From the sequence record DRR378314_1024: DNA of 37,865 nt; one strand, given 5' to 3'. A model generated the notes under the pieces. It had not been told where the DNA came from and made no database searches. It saw only the letters and a list, made by a program, of their open reading frames with translations. Shown one piece after another: positions 1 to 10,425 of this stretch (positions are counted from its first letter, which is position 1; each line of letters begins with the position of its first letter). The translations under genes were made by a program, and so were the position numbers.

Positions 1-1047
1 GGTGATAGAGATAACGTTAGTCGGTACGAATGCCGATACGTCACCTGCCTGAGTTTCAATGATAGGTAAGGCAGTTAATGAGCCGGTCTGGCCTTTCACT
101 TTACCGTCAGTGAATTTTTCTACGTAGTCAGCGTTTACACGCGCAGCACGCTCAAGTAGACGAGAGTGAAGGTAGAAAACGTCACCAGGGAATGCTTCAC
201 GACCTGGTGGACGACGCAACAACAGTGAAATTTGACGATAAGCAACAGCCTGTTTAGACAGGTCATCGTAGACAATCAGAGCGTCTTCACCGCGGTCACG
301 GAAGTACTCACCCATGGTACAACCAGAGTAAGCTGCCAGATATTGCAGGGCTGCTGATTCAGAAGCAGAAGCTGCAACTACAATGGTGTTTTCCATTGCG
401 CCGTGCTCTTCTAACTTACGTACAACCGCTGAAATGGTTGAGTTCTTCTGACCAATAGCTACGTAAACACACTTAATACCAGAATCTTTCTGGTTGATAA
501 TAGCGTCTACTGCTAAAGCCGTTTTACCTGTCTGACGGTCACCGATGATAAGCTCACGCTGACCACGACCAACCGGAATCATCGAGTCAATTGACTTGTA
601 ACCCGTTTGTACTGGCTGATCAACTGACTGACGTTCAATAACGCCCGGTGCGATTTTCTCGACTGGCTCATAGCCGTCAGCTTCGATAGGACCTTTACCG
701 TCGATAGGCTGGCCTAGTGTGTTAACCACACGACCCAACAGTTTTTCGCCAACCGGAACTTCAAGGATACGACCGGTTGATTTTACTTTGGTGCCTTCCT
801 GCAAGTCTGCATAAGGGCCCATAACAACCGCACCTACAGAATCACGTTCAAGGTTTAGTGCGATAGCGTAACGATTACCAGGTAGCTCAACCATTTCACC
901 TTGCAGACAGTCTGCAAGTCCGTGGATGCGAATGATACCGTCTTGAACAGACATGATGGTACCTTCGTTGCGAGCTTCGCTGGTGACTTCGAACTTCTCA
1001 ATTCGCTGTTTGATCAGTTCTGCGATTTCATTTGAATTCAATTGCAT
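1..1047 (-). CDS. atpA: F0F1 ATP synthase subunit alpha (partial, 3' end runs off the window)
   Basis: Manual translation from ATG at 1047: [30 protein letters not shown]..., Walker [44 protein letters not shown]; follows atpH. Confidence 0.97.
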   Translation of the reverse strand, partial: MQLNSNEIAELIKQRIEKFEVTSEARNEGTIMSVQDGIIRIHGLADCLQGEMVELPGNRYAIALNLERDSVGAVVMGPYADLQEGTKVKSTGRILEVPVGEKLLGRVVNTLGQPIDGKGPIEADGYEPVEKIAPGVIERQSVDQPVQTGYKSIDSMIPVGRGQRELIIGDRQTGKTALAVDAIINQKDSGIKCVYVAIGQKNSTISAVVRKLEEHGAMENTIVVAASASESAALQYLAAYSGCTMGEYFRDRGEDALIVYDDLSKQAVAYRQISLLLRRPPGREAFPGDVFYLHSRLLERAARVNADYVEKFTDGKVKGQTGSLTALPIIETQAGDVSAFVPTNVISIT

Positions 1048-1061
1048 GCTCAAGTCCCCAA

Positions 1062-1595
1062 TTAGGATTGCAGTGCGTAAGCAAGTCTGTCGAGCTTGCC
1101 GCGCAAGGTGCCGTCAATAACGGTATCACCAGCTTCTATAACAAGTCCGCCAATAATGGACTTGTCGACACTGCAGTTCAGCTTAATTTTGCGTTGCAGG
1201 CGCTTCTCAAGTGCTTTAATCAAAGCCGTTTGTTGTGCTTTCAGCAGTTTAACTGCCGATTTAACATCTACAGTGACTTCTTTGTCATGTTCAGCACGAA
1301 GCGTCTGATAGAGCTCACTAACTGCTGGCAGCACTGGCAGACGTTCATTTTCAGCCAGTACTTTAACGAAGTTCTTAGCGTTGTCGTCGAGCTCGTCGCC
1401 GCAAACACCCAAGAAAACCTCTGTTGTTTTCCCAACAGTCGAGGAGCTACTCAAAAATGAGGCAATAGTCTCGTCTTGCGCTACCGCAGCAGCGAAGCTA
1501 AGCATTTCTGCCCACTTATCGAGCGCTCCCTGTTCTAAAGCAAAATCAAAAGCTGCTTTTGCGTAAGGGCGAGCGACCGTAGTCAGTTCTGACAT
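1062..1595 (-). CDS. atpH: F0F1 ATP synthase subunit delta
   Basis: [17 protein letters not shown]-terminus, [17 protein letters not shown]-terminus, position in the operon. Confidence 0.97.
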   Translation of the reverse strand: MSELTTVARPYAKAAFDFALEQGALDKWAEMLSFAAAVAQDETIASFLSSSSTVGKTTEVFLGVCGDELDDNAKNFVKVLAENERLPVLPAVSELYQTLRAEHDKEVTVDVKSAVKLLKAQQTALIKALEKRLQRKIKLNCSVDKSIIGGLVIEAGDTVIDGTLRGKLDRLAYALQS

Positions 1596-1612
1596 AAGCT
1601 CAAACCCCTTTA

Positions 1613-2083
1613 TTAAAGTTCAGCGACCAGTTTTTCAACAATGTCACTATGAGCGTCTTTATCAATTTCACGCTCAATGATTTTCTGAGCCCCAGACACC
1701 GCTAATACGGCAACTTGCTTGCGCAGCTCTTCGCGAACGCGATTGCGTTCAGCAGCAACTTCTTCATGTCCGGACGCAACGATTTTTTCACGTTCTTCGT
1801 GGCCACGTTGAGTTTCTTCCTCAACAATTTTAGCACCACGTTTTTTCGACTGTTCAATGATTTCAGCGGCTTGCTGTTTCGCTTCTTTGAGCTGCTCGGC
1901 AATTTCTTGCTGGGCTTTCTCTAAATCTTTTTGAGCACGTTCACCGGCATTAAGGCCGTCAGCAATTTTCTTCTGACGTTCCTCGATAGCTTTGATGATC
2001 GGTGGCCATACAAATTTCATGCAGAACCACACGAACACGATAAACGCGATCGTTTGTCCAATTAGAGTAGCGTTGATATTCAC
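1613..2083 (-). CDS. atpF: F0F1 ATP synthase subunit b
   Basis: [28 protein letters not shown], 156 aa, GTG start with GGAGG RBS. Confidence 0.97.
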   Translation of the reverse strand: MNINATLIGQTIAFIVFVWFCMKFVWPPIIKAIEERQKKIADGLNAGERAQKDLEKAQQEIAEQLKEAKQQAAEIIEQSKKRGAKIVEEETQRGHEEREKIVASGHEEVAAERNRVREELRKQVAVLAVSGAQKIIEREIDKDAHSDIVEKLVAEL

Positions 2084-2120
2084 AACGGACCTCCTTCAGT
2101 TGGTGACCGTCGAATAACGA

Positions 2121-3252
<1,132 letters not shown>

Positions 3253-3639
3253 TTAGGTTGATTTTAAAAATAAAACCGGTGCTATCCACTGCATGGTGAC
3301 GGCGATGACAAAACCGACCAATAACCACACAGGATATAAATTTGTTACCAGCAATGCGATTGTTAACAACACTGCTGTAAGCAGTAGCTTAACGCCTTCG
3401 CCTAAAAAGAAACTTTGTACAACTTTCTGATTAGCGCGCGCTCCTGCGTGTCTAAAAGCGATAAGTGCAAATAGAGCGCTTGGTATTACGACGGTTAATC
3501 CGCCACACAGAATACCCAAAGCCGACTGTGTATTTGAAACTGCTATCGTGACAAGTGCGGCTATCAAAACCGCTATAAATTGTGTACCTACAACTTTTCC
3601 TGCCAGCTTTTTACCTACCGCATTAAGTGCCTGTGTCAC
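3253..3639 (-). CDS. atpI: ATP synthase protein I
   Basis: 128-aa hydrophobic protein with FFLGEGVKLLLT motif; first gene of the atp operon. Confidence 0.9.
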   Translation of the reverse strand: MTQALNAVGKKLAGKVVGTQFIAVLIAALVTIAVSNTQSALGILCGGLTVVIPSALFALIAFRHAGARANQKVVQSFFLGEGVKLLLTAVLLTIALLVTNLYPVWLLVGFVIAVTMQWIAPVLFLKST

Positions 3640-3706
3640 GACTAAAACCTTTTAACTGGCGGCTATTTTTTTGAGGCTTTCAACCAGCCACAACGAAACT
3701 CGCGCT

Positions 3707-3734
3707 AGTATAAAGATCTGCCATGTAATTGCAA
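3707..3734 (-). promoter_or_regulatory. Putative sigma70 promoter of the atp operon
   Basis: TTGCAA-N16-TATACT on the minus strand, followed by GC-rich AGCGCG. Confidence 0.6.
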
Positions 3735-3808
3735 ACAAATTTGCCTGTAGGCGACGGTTTCTATGCCATTTAACAAAAGTTCTACAACAATCAATGCATT
3801 GGAAATTA

Positions 3809-4684
3809 TTATTTGATGTGAGTCAGAATTCCATCCAGTTCGTCCAGGTTGGTGTAACTGATAACCAGTTTACCTTTTCCTTTACGACCATGATTAATGG
3901 AAACTTTGGCTCCCAGGGTTTCAGACAACTTGGTTTCTAAATGTTCAATATTAGCGTCTGGCTCTGGTTTTTCGGTTTCTTTGGGAGGGTCTATTGTACG
4001 TCTGACGAGTTTTTCTGCGTCACGTACGGTCATATCTTTTGCGACAATCTGTTGTGCTACGTCGGCTTGTTGTTCGCCTTCCAGCGCAAGTAACAACTTG
4101 GCATGGCCAAGTTCAATATCACCACGCTCCAGTAACACTTTAACGCCGTCCTGCAAGTTATTAAGGCGCAGCAAATTGGTCACCGTAGTCCGTGATTTAC
4201 CCACTGCCTGAGCAACGTCCTGGTGAGTCATCTGAAACTCAACCAACAAACGTTGTAACGCAGTGGCTTCTTCCATTGCGTTTAAATCTTCACGCTGAAT
4301 GTTTTCAATTAACGCGATAGCTACTGCGGCTTCATCGGGCACATCTTTGATTAAACAAGGAACCAGATCAAGCTTTGCCAGCTGAGCTGCACGCCAGCGA
4401 CGCTCACCTGCAATAATCTCATATTCGTCTTTGCCAACAGGGCGTACAACAATGGGCTGGATTATCCCCTGAGCTTTTACCGAAGCGGCTAAATCTTCCA
4501 AAGCTTCGGGTGACATGTCTTTACGAGGTTGATAGCGGCCAGGCTTTAAAAACTCAACCGGCAGCTTCTGTAATTCACCTTTAACTTCTTCCGTCACTTG
4601 CTCTGATTGACGGTCAGAGTTTTGCTGATTACTGGTCAGTAAGGCATCCAGACCGCGACCTAAACCTCGTTTTTTTGCCGACAT
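3809..4684 (-). CDS. parB: Chromosome partitioning protein ParB
   Basis: KKRGLGRGLDALL N-terminus, IIAGERRWRAAQ CTPase motif, ENIQREDLN, HTH. Confidence 0.97.
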   Translation of the reverse strand: MSAKKRGLGRGLDALLTSNQQNSDRQSEQVTEEVKGELQKLPVEFLKPGRYQPRKDMSPEALEDLAASVKAQGIIQPIVVRPVGKDEYEIIAGERRWRAAQLAKLDLVPCLIKDVPDEAAVAIALIENIQREDLNAMEEATALQRLLVEFQMTHQDVAQAVGKSRTTVTNLLRLNNLQDGVKVLLERGDIELGHAKLLLALEGEQQADVAQQIVAKDMTVRDAEKLVRRTIDPPKETEKPEPDANIEHLETKLSETLGAKVSINHGRKGKGKLVISYTNLDELDGILTHIK

Positions 4685-4703
4685 GATTCGCTTTATTCCC
4701 TTG

Positions 4704-5495
4704 TTATGATTCTTTTGCTACTTCTTTACGATTTTCAGAACGTCGGATAAGTTCACCCGCTAAGGCTAAATAGGCCTTTGACCCGGTGGATGACTTGTCG
4801 TAGTACATAGCCGGCGCACCAAATGAAGGTGCTTCGGCTAAACGGACATTACGTGGAATAACGGTCCGGTAAACTTTTTCACCAAAGTGGTTTTTGAGCT
4901 GTTCTGAAACATCGTTAGCCAGACGATTACGCGGATCGTACATAGTCCGCAAAATACCTTCAATTTCCAGCCCCGGATTAACCACGTCGGCCAGCTGACG
5001 AATGGTTTCCATCAACGCGGTAAGACCTTCCAGTGCATAATACTCGCACTGCATGGGCACCAGAATAGAATCTGCTGCTGCCATGCCGTTAACGGTCAGC
5101 ATATTCAGCGATGGCGGACAGTCGATAAAGATATAGTCGTAGCTGTCCTGAACGGCTTTAAGCGCATTACGTAAACGCAGTTCCCGCGCAAAAACTTCCA
5201 TTAACTTAATTTCTGCAGCCGTAGCATCGGCATTAGCTGCAATTAAATGGTATTTACCGTTAGTGTCTTTTACGGCAACGTCGCCGACTGGCTTTTCTTC
5301 AATCAGCAATTCGTAAATAGTATTTTCGACATCGTACTTATCAACGCCACTACCCATAGTCGCGTTACCCTGAGGGTCCAGGTCAATCAACAACACTTTG
5401 CGACGGGTAGCAGCCATGGACGCAGCTAAGTTAACTGCTGTGGTTGTCTTTCCTACTCCGCCTTTTTGATTCGCAATAGCAATGGTTCTAGCCAC
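4704..5495 (-). CDS. parA: Chromosome partitioning ATPase ParA/Soj
   Basis: NQKGGVGKTTT deviant Walker A, DLDPQGNAT, IDCPPSL. Confidence 0.97.
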   Translation of the reverse strand: MARTIAIANQKGGVGKTTTAVNLAASMAATRRKVLLIDLDPQGNATMGSGVDKYDVENTIYELLIEEKPVGDVAVKDTNGKYHLIAANADATAAEIKLMEVFARELRLRNALKAVQDSYDYIFIDCPPSLNMLTVNGMAAADSILVPMQCEYYALEGLTALMETIRQLADVVNPGLEIEGILRTMYDPRNRLANDVSEQLKNHFGEKVYRTVIPRNVRLAEAPSFGAPAMYYDKSSTGSKAYLALAGELIRRSENRKEVAKES

Positions 5496-5543
5496 GGGTT
5501 TTATAACCTCTTGTTGTTGTCGGATAGTCGACTGTCGGTTGTT

Positions 5544-6164
5544 TTATGACCGTTTGCTTATAATGACGATATGCCGGCTCGCGTCAATGCCGGGAACGTT
5601 AATTTGCTCAATACTTTCAATTTTATATTGCTCGGGCAACTGCTCCAGTTCGTCTTGCGGATACAGCCCTTTCAACGCATAAAACCGACCGTTTTCAGCC
5701 GGTAAATGTTCACACCACGAAAGCATATCATTAAGCGAGGCAAAGGCTCTACTGATTACACCATCAAACTGCTTTTCATCCTGATAGTCTTCCACCCGCG
5801 CCTGCACAGCCGTGACATTGGTTAGTTTTAGCTCATGACAAACCTGACGAATAAAACGGATGCGCTTGCCTAAACTATCGAGTAAAACAAATTCTTTATC
5901 CGGTTCGGCTATGGCTAAGGGTAAACCCGGTAACCCTGGCCCTGTGCCTACATCAATGAAGCGCTGCCCGTGTAAATACTTACGAACAGCCAGGCTGTCC
6001 ATAATATGTCGGGGCAGCATATCCTTCGGATTTCTCACGCTAGTCAGGTTATAGGCTTTGTTCCACTTATCCAGTAACCCTACTAACGCCAGTTGTCGCT
6101 CAATCTGTTCTTCTGACAGGTCTATTTGTGCTTGATCTAATAATCCCTTTAACTGCTCTTTCAC
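5544..6164 (-). CDS. rsmG: 16S rRNA m7G527 methyltransferase (GidB)
   Basis: [22 protein letters not shown] motif, SRAFASL. Confidence 0.97.
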   Translation of the reverse strand: MKEQLKGLLDQAQIDLSEEQIERQLALVGLLDKWNKAYNLTSVRNPKDMLPRHIMDSLAVRKYLHGQRFIDVGTGPGLPGLPLAIAEPDKEFVLLDSLGKRIRFIRQVCHELKLTNVTAVQARVEDYQDEKQFDGVISRAFASLNDMLSWCEHLPAENGRFYALKGLYPQDELEQLPEQYKIESIEQINVPGIDASRHIVIISKRS

Positions 6165-6173
6165 ATCGCTTCC

Positions 6174-8069
6174 TTAAGCACTTTTACGTAATAAACCCTG
6201 TTTTTTCAGGTGAACCAACAACATTGAAACAGCTGCCGGAGTAATTCCGGAAATACGCGCGGCTTTACCAACGGTCTCAGGCTGATGGTCATTTAATTTA
6301 GCAACCACCTCGTTCGATAAGCCCTTAATTTTAGCGTAATCGAAAGGCGAGGGCAGTAAGGTATTTTCATGACGCTGTTGTTTTGCTATTTCTTCCTGCT
6401 GACGCGTTATATAACCCGCGTATTTAATTTGAATCTCAACTTGTTCTGCCGCTAAAGGATCGTTTAACCCTGGCGCAAAAAAGTCGGTTTTGGCTAAATC
6501 TTTGTAATGAATTTCCGGGCGGCGTAACAGCTCTTCGCCACTCACTTCTTTGGTGACAGGGCTTTTGACCAGCGCGTTAATTTGCTCTACAGATGCATGA
6601 TCTTTATGCACCCAGGTAGTTTTTAAGCGTTGTTTTTCCTGCTCGACTGATTCCATTTTCTTATTAAACGCGGCCCAGCGTTCATCATCCACTAAACCGA
6701 GATTACGGCCAATTTCAGTTAATCGCATATCGGCGTTATCTTCACGCAGCAACAGGCGATATTCGGCGCGCGAAGTGAACATACGGTAGGGTTCCTGAGT
6801 GCCCAGAGTCGATAAATCATCGATCAACACACCCATGTAGGCCTGATCGCGTCGTGGTGCCCAGGATTCTTTATCCTGCGCCTGCAATGCGGCATTTAAA
6901 CCAGCAATAAGCCCTTGTGCACCGGCTTCTTCGTAACCTGTTGTACCGTTAATCTGGCCAGCGAAGAACAAACCGTTAATGACTTTGGTTTCCAGAGATT
7001 GTTTCAGATCTCGTGGATCAAAGTAATCGTATTCGATCGCATAGCCGGGACGTGTGATATGCGCATTTTCAAAGCCTTTAATTGATTGAACCAGACGCTG
7101 CTGAACGTCAAACGGCAAGCTGGTTGAAATGCCATTAGGGTAAATTTCAAAGGTATCTAAGCCTTCAGGTTCAACAAAAATTTGATGCGAACCTTTGTCA
7201 GCAAAACGGACAATTTTATCTTCAATTGAAGGACAGTAACGTGGTCCAACGCCTTCAATCACACCAGAATACATGGGTGAACGATCAAGCCCTGAACGAA
7301 TAATCTCGTGGGTATTTTCGTTGGTATGCGTGATGTAACACGGAATCTGCTGTGGATGATCAGAACGAGAACCCATGTAAGAAAATACCGGGGTCGGGGT
7401 ATCACCCGGTTGTTCCTGCATAACGGAAAAGTCGACACTGTGGCTTGCGATACGTGGTGGTGTGCCGGTTTTTAAGCGCTCAACTCGTAATGGCAATGCA
7501 CGTAATCGTTTAGCTAACGCGTTTGATGGAGGATCGCCTGCGCGACCGCCCTGGTAGTTATCCAGACCAATATGAATTTGTCCGCCGAGGAATGTTCCTA
7601 CGGTTAGCACCACGGTTTTTGCCGTGAATTTAAGACCCATTTGGGTAACAACGCCAGTAACGCGATCGTTCTCGACGATCAAATCGTCACAACCTTGTTG
7701 GAATATTGACAGATTCGGCTGGGTTTCCAGTGCGTAGCGGATCGCTTGTTTGTAAAGCTGTCTGTCAGCCTGAGCTCTGGTCGCGCGCACTGCAGGGCCT
7801 TTGGATGAATTCAGTGTTCTGAATTGAATTCCGGCTTTGTCAGCTGCTTTGGCCATAACGCCGCCAAGTGCATCGATCTCTTTTACTAAATGACCTTTTC
7901 CTATTCCCCCAATGGCTGGGTTACAGGACATTTGCCCTAAAGTATCAATATTATGCGTAAGCAATAGGGTTTTAACACCTAAACGAGCGGCGGCTAACGC
8001 AGCTTCTGTTCCGGCGTGTCCTCCACCGACAACAATAACGTCAAAGTGTTGTTGGCTCTGTTGTGACAT
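6174..8069 (-). CDS. mnmG: tRNA uridine-5-carboxymethylaminomethyl modification enzyme (GidA)
   Basis: [15 protein letters not shown] motif, [37 protein letters not shown]. Confidence 0.98.
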   Translation of the reverse strand: MSQQSQQHFDVIVVGGGHAGTEAALAAARLGVKTLLLTHNIDTLGQMSCNPAIGGIGKGHLVKEIDALGGVMAKAADKAGIQFRTLNSSKGPAVRATRAQADRQLYKQAIRYALETQPNLSIFQQGCDDLIVENDRVTGVVTQMGLKFTAKTVVLTVGTFLGGQIHIGLDNYQGGRAGDPPSNALAKRLRALPLRVERLKTGTPPRIASHSVDFSVMQEQPGDTPTPVFSYMGSRSDHPQQIPCYITHTNENTHEIIRSGLDRSPMYSGVIEGVGPRYCPSIEDKIVRFADKGSHQIFVEPEGLDTFEIYPNGISTSLPFDVQQRLVQSIKGFENAHITRPGYAIEYDYFDPRDLKQSLETKVINGLFFAGQINGTTGYEEAGAQGLIAGLNAALQAQDKESWAPRRDQAYMGVLIDDLSTLGTQEPYRMFTSRAEYRLLLREDNADMRLTEIGRNLGLVDDERWAAFNKKMESVEQEKQRLKTTWVHKDHASVEQINALVKSPVTKEVSGEELLRRPEIHYKDLAKTDFFAPGLNDPLAAEQVEIQIKYAGYITRQQEEIAKQQRHENTLLPSPFDYAKIKGLSNEVVAKLNDHQPETVGKAARISGITPAAVSMLLVHLKKQGLLRKSA

Positions 8070-8110
8070 GCAAAGTGACCTTTGTTTGAAGAATAGGAAG
8101 TTAGCCGATT

Positions 8111-8139
8111 ATTTTAACGCGATTTCACTTAAATCTAAA
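8111..8139 (-). promoter_or_regulatory. Putative mnmG (gidA) promoter pointing away from oriC
   Basis: TTTAGA-N17-TAAAAT on the minus strand, about 40 bp upstream of the ATG. Confidence 0.4.
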
Positions 8140-8159
8140 TGGTTAAATTTCGTTCAGCG

Positions 8160-8464
8160 CTGTTAAAGATCTTAAAGAAGATCAGTAAAGGATCTTATTT
8201 AGATCTTTTATTACTATTACTACTAGTCAGCGGATTTCTGTGAATAGATCGCTGAAGCCCTTTTTTTATCTGTTCTAGAGCAAGATCACTCTTTGTAGAT
8301 AAGTGACCTTGAACCGGGATCATAGATCGTGGATAAGTAGGGTAGTTATACACAGATCAGTTTATCCCCAGTGTTATACCCACTTCACTGACAGTGCTTA
8401 AGTGATCTTATTCCAACCTTAGTCACAAGCTGAAATCCTTGTGCACAAGCCTGTGGGTATGATC
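8160..8464. other. oriC: Chromosomal replication origin oriC
   Basis: Located between mnmG and mioC. 11 GATC sites (8168, 8180, 8191, 8202, 8247, 8284, 8318, 8325, 8355, 8404, 8461). AT-rich GATC-led repeats at 8165-8209. DnaA boxes or near-boxes: TGTGAATAG 8239, TGTAGATAA 8294, CGTGGATAA 8328, TTATACACA 8346, TTATCCCCA 8362, TTATACCCA 8374, TTAGTCACA 8419, TTGTGCACAA 8439. Confidence 0.93.
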
Positions 8465-8912
8465 ACAGAGCCTTTACAGCATCAGCGATCGCGGGCAACC
8501 AGTTTAATGCTTTCTCTTCCGGATCGTCTTCCAGCATGTCTATTTCTAAACGATCGGTCATTTGTGTTCCGCCTAATTCCTGTAAGCGTTTATCGCAATG
8601 CCGACCGGCTTCGCAGAAGGTGTCATAACAGGATTCACCAACAGCCACTACGGCATAGTTCAGTCCGGCTAAATTAGGGCTTTGGGGATCCTTTATTTCG
8701 TCGTAGAAATCGAGCATGGAGTCGGCATAATCACCCGCACCATGGCTGGCGAGAAAAATTAACCAGGGTTGATCGCTGGGTAACTTCTCAAACTCCGGTT
8801 CGTAATGGAGCTCGGTTTCAATGCCCTGCTGATTTAACTTTTCGCTGACAGTATCGGCTAAAAACTCGGTATTTCCGGAGGTTGTACCCACTAAAAGATG
8901 TAAAACAGTCAT
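8463..8912 (-). CDS. mioC: Flavodoxin MioC
   Basis: GTTSGNTE FMN loop, SHGAGD, GESCYDTFC; adjacent to oriC and transcribed toward it. Confidence 0.88.
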   Translation of the reverse strand: MTVLHLLVGTTSGNTEFLADTVSEKLNQQGIETELHYEPEFEKLPSDQPWLIFLASHGAGDYADSMLDFYDEIKDPQSPNLAGLNYAVVAVGESCYDTFCEAGRHCDKRLQELGGTQMTDRLEIDMLEDDPEEKALNWLPAIADAVKAL

Positions 8913-8970
8913 AAAATTTCTAACTCATTTGCTACTATTAAAAACACGAGAATCATACAGGAGAACCCAA

Positions 8971-9468
8971 ATGGTAAAAGCTCTGGTTAATGTATTAGTC
9001 GCTTTTAGTGTAGCAATAGTTTCAACGAATGTTTTTGCCGGCATTGAGTCACCCAAACAGGTGTCAGATAAGTTATGGGTGATGGGCACACCATCAAATG
9101 AGCAGTTGGCTGACTTTGCTGATGAAGGTGGTGAGGTTGTTATTAATCTGCTTTCACAAAAAGAAATGACCGACAGTGAGGAAGCCGCAGTGGTTACCCG
9201 TAATGGCATGGCGTATTACCATGTTCCGGTCAATGGAGCCGATGGAGTAACGCTTGCTAACGCACGCCTGATCGATCGTATTTTATTAAAGAACAGCGAC
9301 AAAACGGTGCTGGTGCATTGTGCTTCGAGTAACCGGGTTGGCGCTTTAATGGCTTTGCGAGCCGGTTGGTTAGATGGAATGCCGGTAGAAAAAGCGTTAG
9401 AAATTGGACGTGAACATGGCATGACGTCTCTGGAGGGTAAAGTGAAGTTGATGCTTTCAGAACAGTAA
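8971..9468 (+). CDS. Exported DUF442/TIGR01244-like protein (PTP-fold phosphatase/sulfurtransferase-like)
   Basis: ATG at 8971 with AGGAG RBS (preferred over the TTG at 8929); signal-peptide-like MVKALVNVLVAFSVAIVSTNVFA; VINL, YYHVPV and VLVHCASSNR (Cx5R). Confidence 0.75.
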   Translation: MVKALVNVLVAFSVAIVSTNVFAGIESPKQVSDKLWVMGTPSNEQLADFADEGGEVVINLLSQKEMTDSEEAAVVTRNGMAYYHVPVNGADGVTLANARLIDRILLKNSDKTVLVHCASSNRVGALMALRAGWLDGMPVEKALEIGREHGMTSLEGKVKLMLSEQ

Positions 9469-9496
9469 AATGAATTGCAGAGGTACTAGAGAATAG

Positions 9497-9529
9497 AAAA
9501 AGACCAGCTCAAATGAACTGGCCTTTTTT
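9497..9529. terminator. Rho-independent terminator between convergent genes (pairs better on the minus/gloA strand)
   Basis: AAAAAGACCAGCTCA-AA-TGAACTGGCCTTTTTT. Confidence 0.7.
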
Positions 9530-9542
9530 CAAGGTACCATCG

Positions 9543-10097
9543 TTATTTTAAGTGCTCTTTCAGTAATTCTGGTTGGCGTTCCGGCGTGAATATTTCAATC
9601 CAGTAGCCATCCGGGTCTTTAATAAAGGCAATACCCTTCATTTTCCCGTCGTTCGGGCGTTTTTGAAACTCTACGCCCATTTTATCGAAACGCTCACAGG
9701 CGGCATCGATATCCGGTACGGCGAAACCTATGTGACCAAAACCTTTGGGCTCTTCATTACCACTGTGGTAAGACACCGAGTCGTCGTTCTCGTCGCCCCA
9801 GTTATGAGTCAGTTCCAGCATAGCCGGTCGACCAAAGGTCTGTTCAATGCGCTTGTCTTTGTCGGTTGACCAGTCTTTACGTTGTTCAGGCGACATGGCA
9901 GCCATGAAATACAGCGTAAACTCCATTTCCGGGAAGTCGAAGCGCTTAACCAACGTCATGCCCAGAACTTCACTGTAAAATTTTAAAGTGCGCTCCGGGT
10001 CTTTAATGCGGAACATGGTCTGGTTGAACACAAAGTCGTGTGTTGCGGGGTCGTGTTGTTCAGACAAACCCTTGGCTTCATCAAAATGTCTGCTCAT
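9543..10097 (-). CDS. gloA: Lactoylglutathione lyase (glyoxalase I), long form
   Basis: [40 protein letters not shown]. Confidence 0.93.
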   Translation of the reverse strand: MSRHFDEAKGLSEQHDPATHDFVFNQTMFRIKDPERTLKFYSEVLGMTLVKRFDFPEMEFTLYFMAAMSPEQRKDWSTDKDKRIEQTFGRPAMLELTHNWGDENDDSVSYHSGNEEPKGFGHIGFAVPDIDAACERFDKMGVEFQKRPNDGKMKGIAFIKDPDGYWIEIFTPERQPELLKEHLK

Positions 10098-10173
10098 AAT
10101 GTCATCCTTAGTCGGTTCATTGAGTAACTGTTGTTACACTGTGTATTGGGTTTAGCAGGAGAGAGTTCAAGTC

Positions 10174-10425
10174 GTGAGTTGGGCGGTTTATCTAATTAAA
10201 TGTGCAGACAATACGTTCTATACCGGTGTCACAACGGACATTGAACGGCGTGTGAATGAGCATAATACGGACGATAAAAAAGGCGCTAAGTACACACGAG
10301 CTCGTCGTCCTGTGGTGCTTGTCTGGAGTGAGAAACACCCGAACCGAACTAAAGCATGCCAGCGTGAATATGAAATTAAACGTTGGCCGCGCGCTAAAAA
10401 GGTTGAGTTAGCCGGTGGAATTTAA
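10174..10425 (+). CDS. Small GIY-YIG nuclease family protein (UPF0213/YhbQ-like)
   Basis: VYLIKCADNTFYTGVTTDIERRVNEHN, GAKYTRARRPV, REYEIK. Confidence 0.88.
   Translation: MSWAVYLIKCADNTFYTGVTTDIERRVNEHNTDDKKGAKYTRARRPVVLVWSEKHPNRTKACQREYEIKRWPRAKKVELAGGI

Noticed and set aside
1032..1460. 142-aa ORF antisense to atpH, and the many similar shadow ORFs (e.g. 10580-11038, 13276-13602, 29140-29571, 32993-33343)
   Set aside because: They lie opposite or out of frame within conserved genes, show no recognisable motifs, and are the expected by-product of codon bias.
8255..8283. IHF site at the usual position next to R1
   Set aside because: A T-tract is present, but the sequence does not match WATCAANNNNTTR well enough to call.
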